A stretch of DNA of 64,000 nt from Scyliorhinus canicula (lineage: Eukaryota), in NCBI RefSeq assembly GCF_902713615.1, contig NC_052148.1, positions 222,178,263 through 222,242,262 of the forward strand, given 5' to 3'. How positions within the stretch are numbered: position 1 is the stretch's first letter; every line of letters starts with the position of its first letter. The translations under genes were made by a program, and so were the position numbers. The notes under the pieces are model-generated. The model saw only the letters and a program-made list of their open reading frames with translations, ran no database searches and was not told the DNA's origin. Below, piece after piece: positions 62,990-64,000 of the stretch.

Positions 62990-63960
62990 CACAAATGTTA
63001 GTTGTCCTTGACCTCTGACCCCCAGGTGTCCAGCTCACAATATCCCCTTTGGTTTCCTACAAAGAGAGCCCATAACAGGCGTAAAAGGGAGAAAACTGGT
63101 GGGGGATGCCTCAGCTGCGCATTCTCATTCCCTATGAGGAAAGGGCAATGGAGCTCACAGGGGAGTGCCAGGAATGGTCGTGCATTGACAGCGTGATTGA
63201 CCTGTGCCAGAAAAGTAAGGAGCCAATGCACCTTCATCCAGATCATCTGTCTCAAGTGAGTTTAATGTCCAAATCCTTGACCTTGCCACTTACTAAACCA
63301 TGTCCCCTGCCTTGCAGGAACATCAACTGATGAGCCTGGGCCTTCCACAAGCAGAGCTCCCTTTTCAAACCTCAATAACACCTCAGAGGAGATCTCCGGG
63401 AAGGACACCAAATATGCTTCATAGCGGATCAACCACCACAGAGGCAAGCACCTTGGTCGGTGATCTTAACAGACAGGCATCTGTGTCACTATCTGGTCAG
63501 CATCACAATGCTTCAGCTGGAGTCAGGAACATCCCAGGAGTCAGACAGTTGCCTCTGTCTCACAGGGAAATGTCATCATCTGATCTAAACTCAGTTAATC
63601 ATTCAAGCCCTCCAAGCAATACCAGCAGTAACACCCAATGAGACCCATAGTGAGAGACATCCTGAAATGTCATCAGTTCATTTTGATGGGTGTGGTCAAG
63701 GTTAAAGTTGATGTACTCAGAGGCCCAGGCGTACAGAGCATCCATGACTTCTATGCACTTGTGGCTGATGATTGCGAGACCCCACATAGGTCACTGGTCA
63801 AACCCCGGAATGATCCAGTGGCAAAGGTTCAAGGCTGCCATGATATGCCTTGAGCCCCCCGCCTCCACGTGGCTTGAGGTGTGCTGGGATGTGGCAGAGA
63901 TGTCGTACCACCTCCTTGTTGTGTCTCCTGGGCCTGGATTCTCTCCTACCCTCTGCCGAT
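62990..63960 (-). mobile_element. PIF/Harbinger transposase remnant; Myb/SANT-like partner fragment on the plus strand at 62680-62815
   Basis: HKCIEVMDALYAWASEYINF and other Harbinger transposase segments; CPFLIG-like region; fragmented. Confidence 0.65.
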
Positions 63961-64000
63961 AGAGGGGTCCCGACTTTGGACTCTGAGAAAGTTCCAGTGA

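Overview
Repeat-dense eukaryotic DNA from a cartilaginous fish. Abundant HE1-type V-SINEs with their CR1/HER1 partner LINE point to an elasmobranch, probably a catshark-like shark (inference). There is an N-gap at 479-887. The only host gene I can support is the 5' part of ASIC5 (BASIC, bile acid-sensitive DEG/ENaC channel) on the minus strand: probable exon 1 at 27216-27246, exon 2 at 12733-13039 and exon 3 at 8504-8741. The rest is nested, decayed transposons: three SINE families, CR1, Rex/Babar-like and Penelope retroelements, several Gypsy remnants and solo LTRs, and PIF/Harbinger transposases and MITEs. The most unusual feature is an LTR element at 46912-50845. Its internal region has no RT, RNase H or integrase. 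Instead it encodes a degenerate Gypsy-type protease fused in frame to an intronless NAP1L1-like histone-chaperone domain, followed by an acidic repeat region, a SUMO-interacting-motif-like segment and a basic NLS-like tail, then a polypurine tract and the 3' LTR. A second, strongly diverged relative (35499-37113) shares the post-NAP protein motifs and the PPT/LTR start. This suggests a whole LTR family that captured a host histone chaperone and kept it under selection. Both copies here are pseudogenised.
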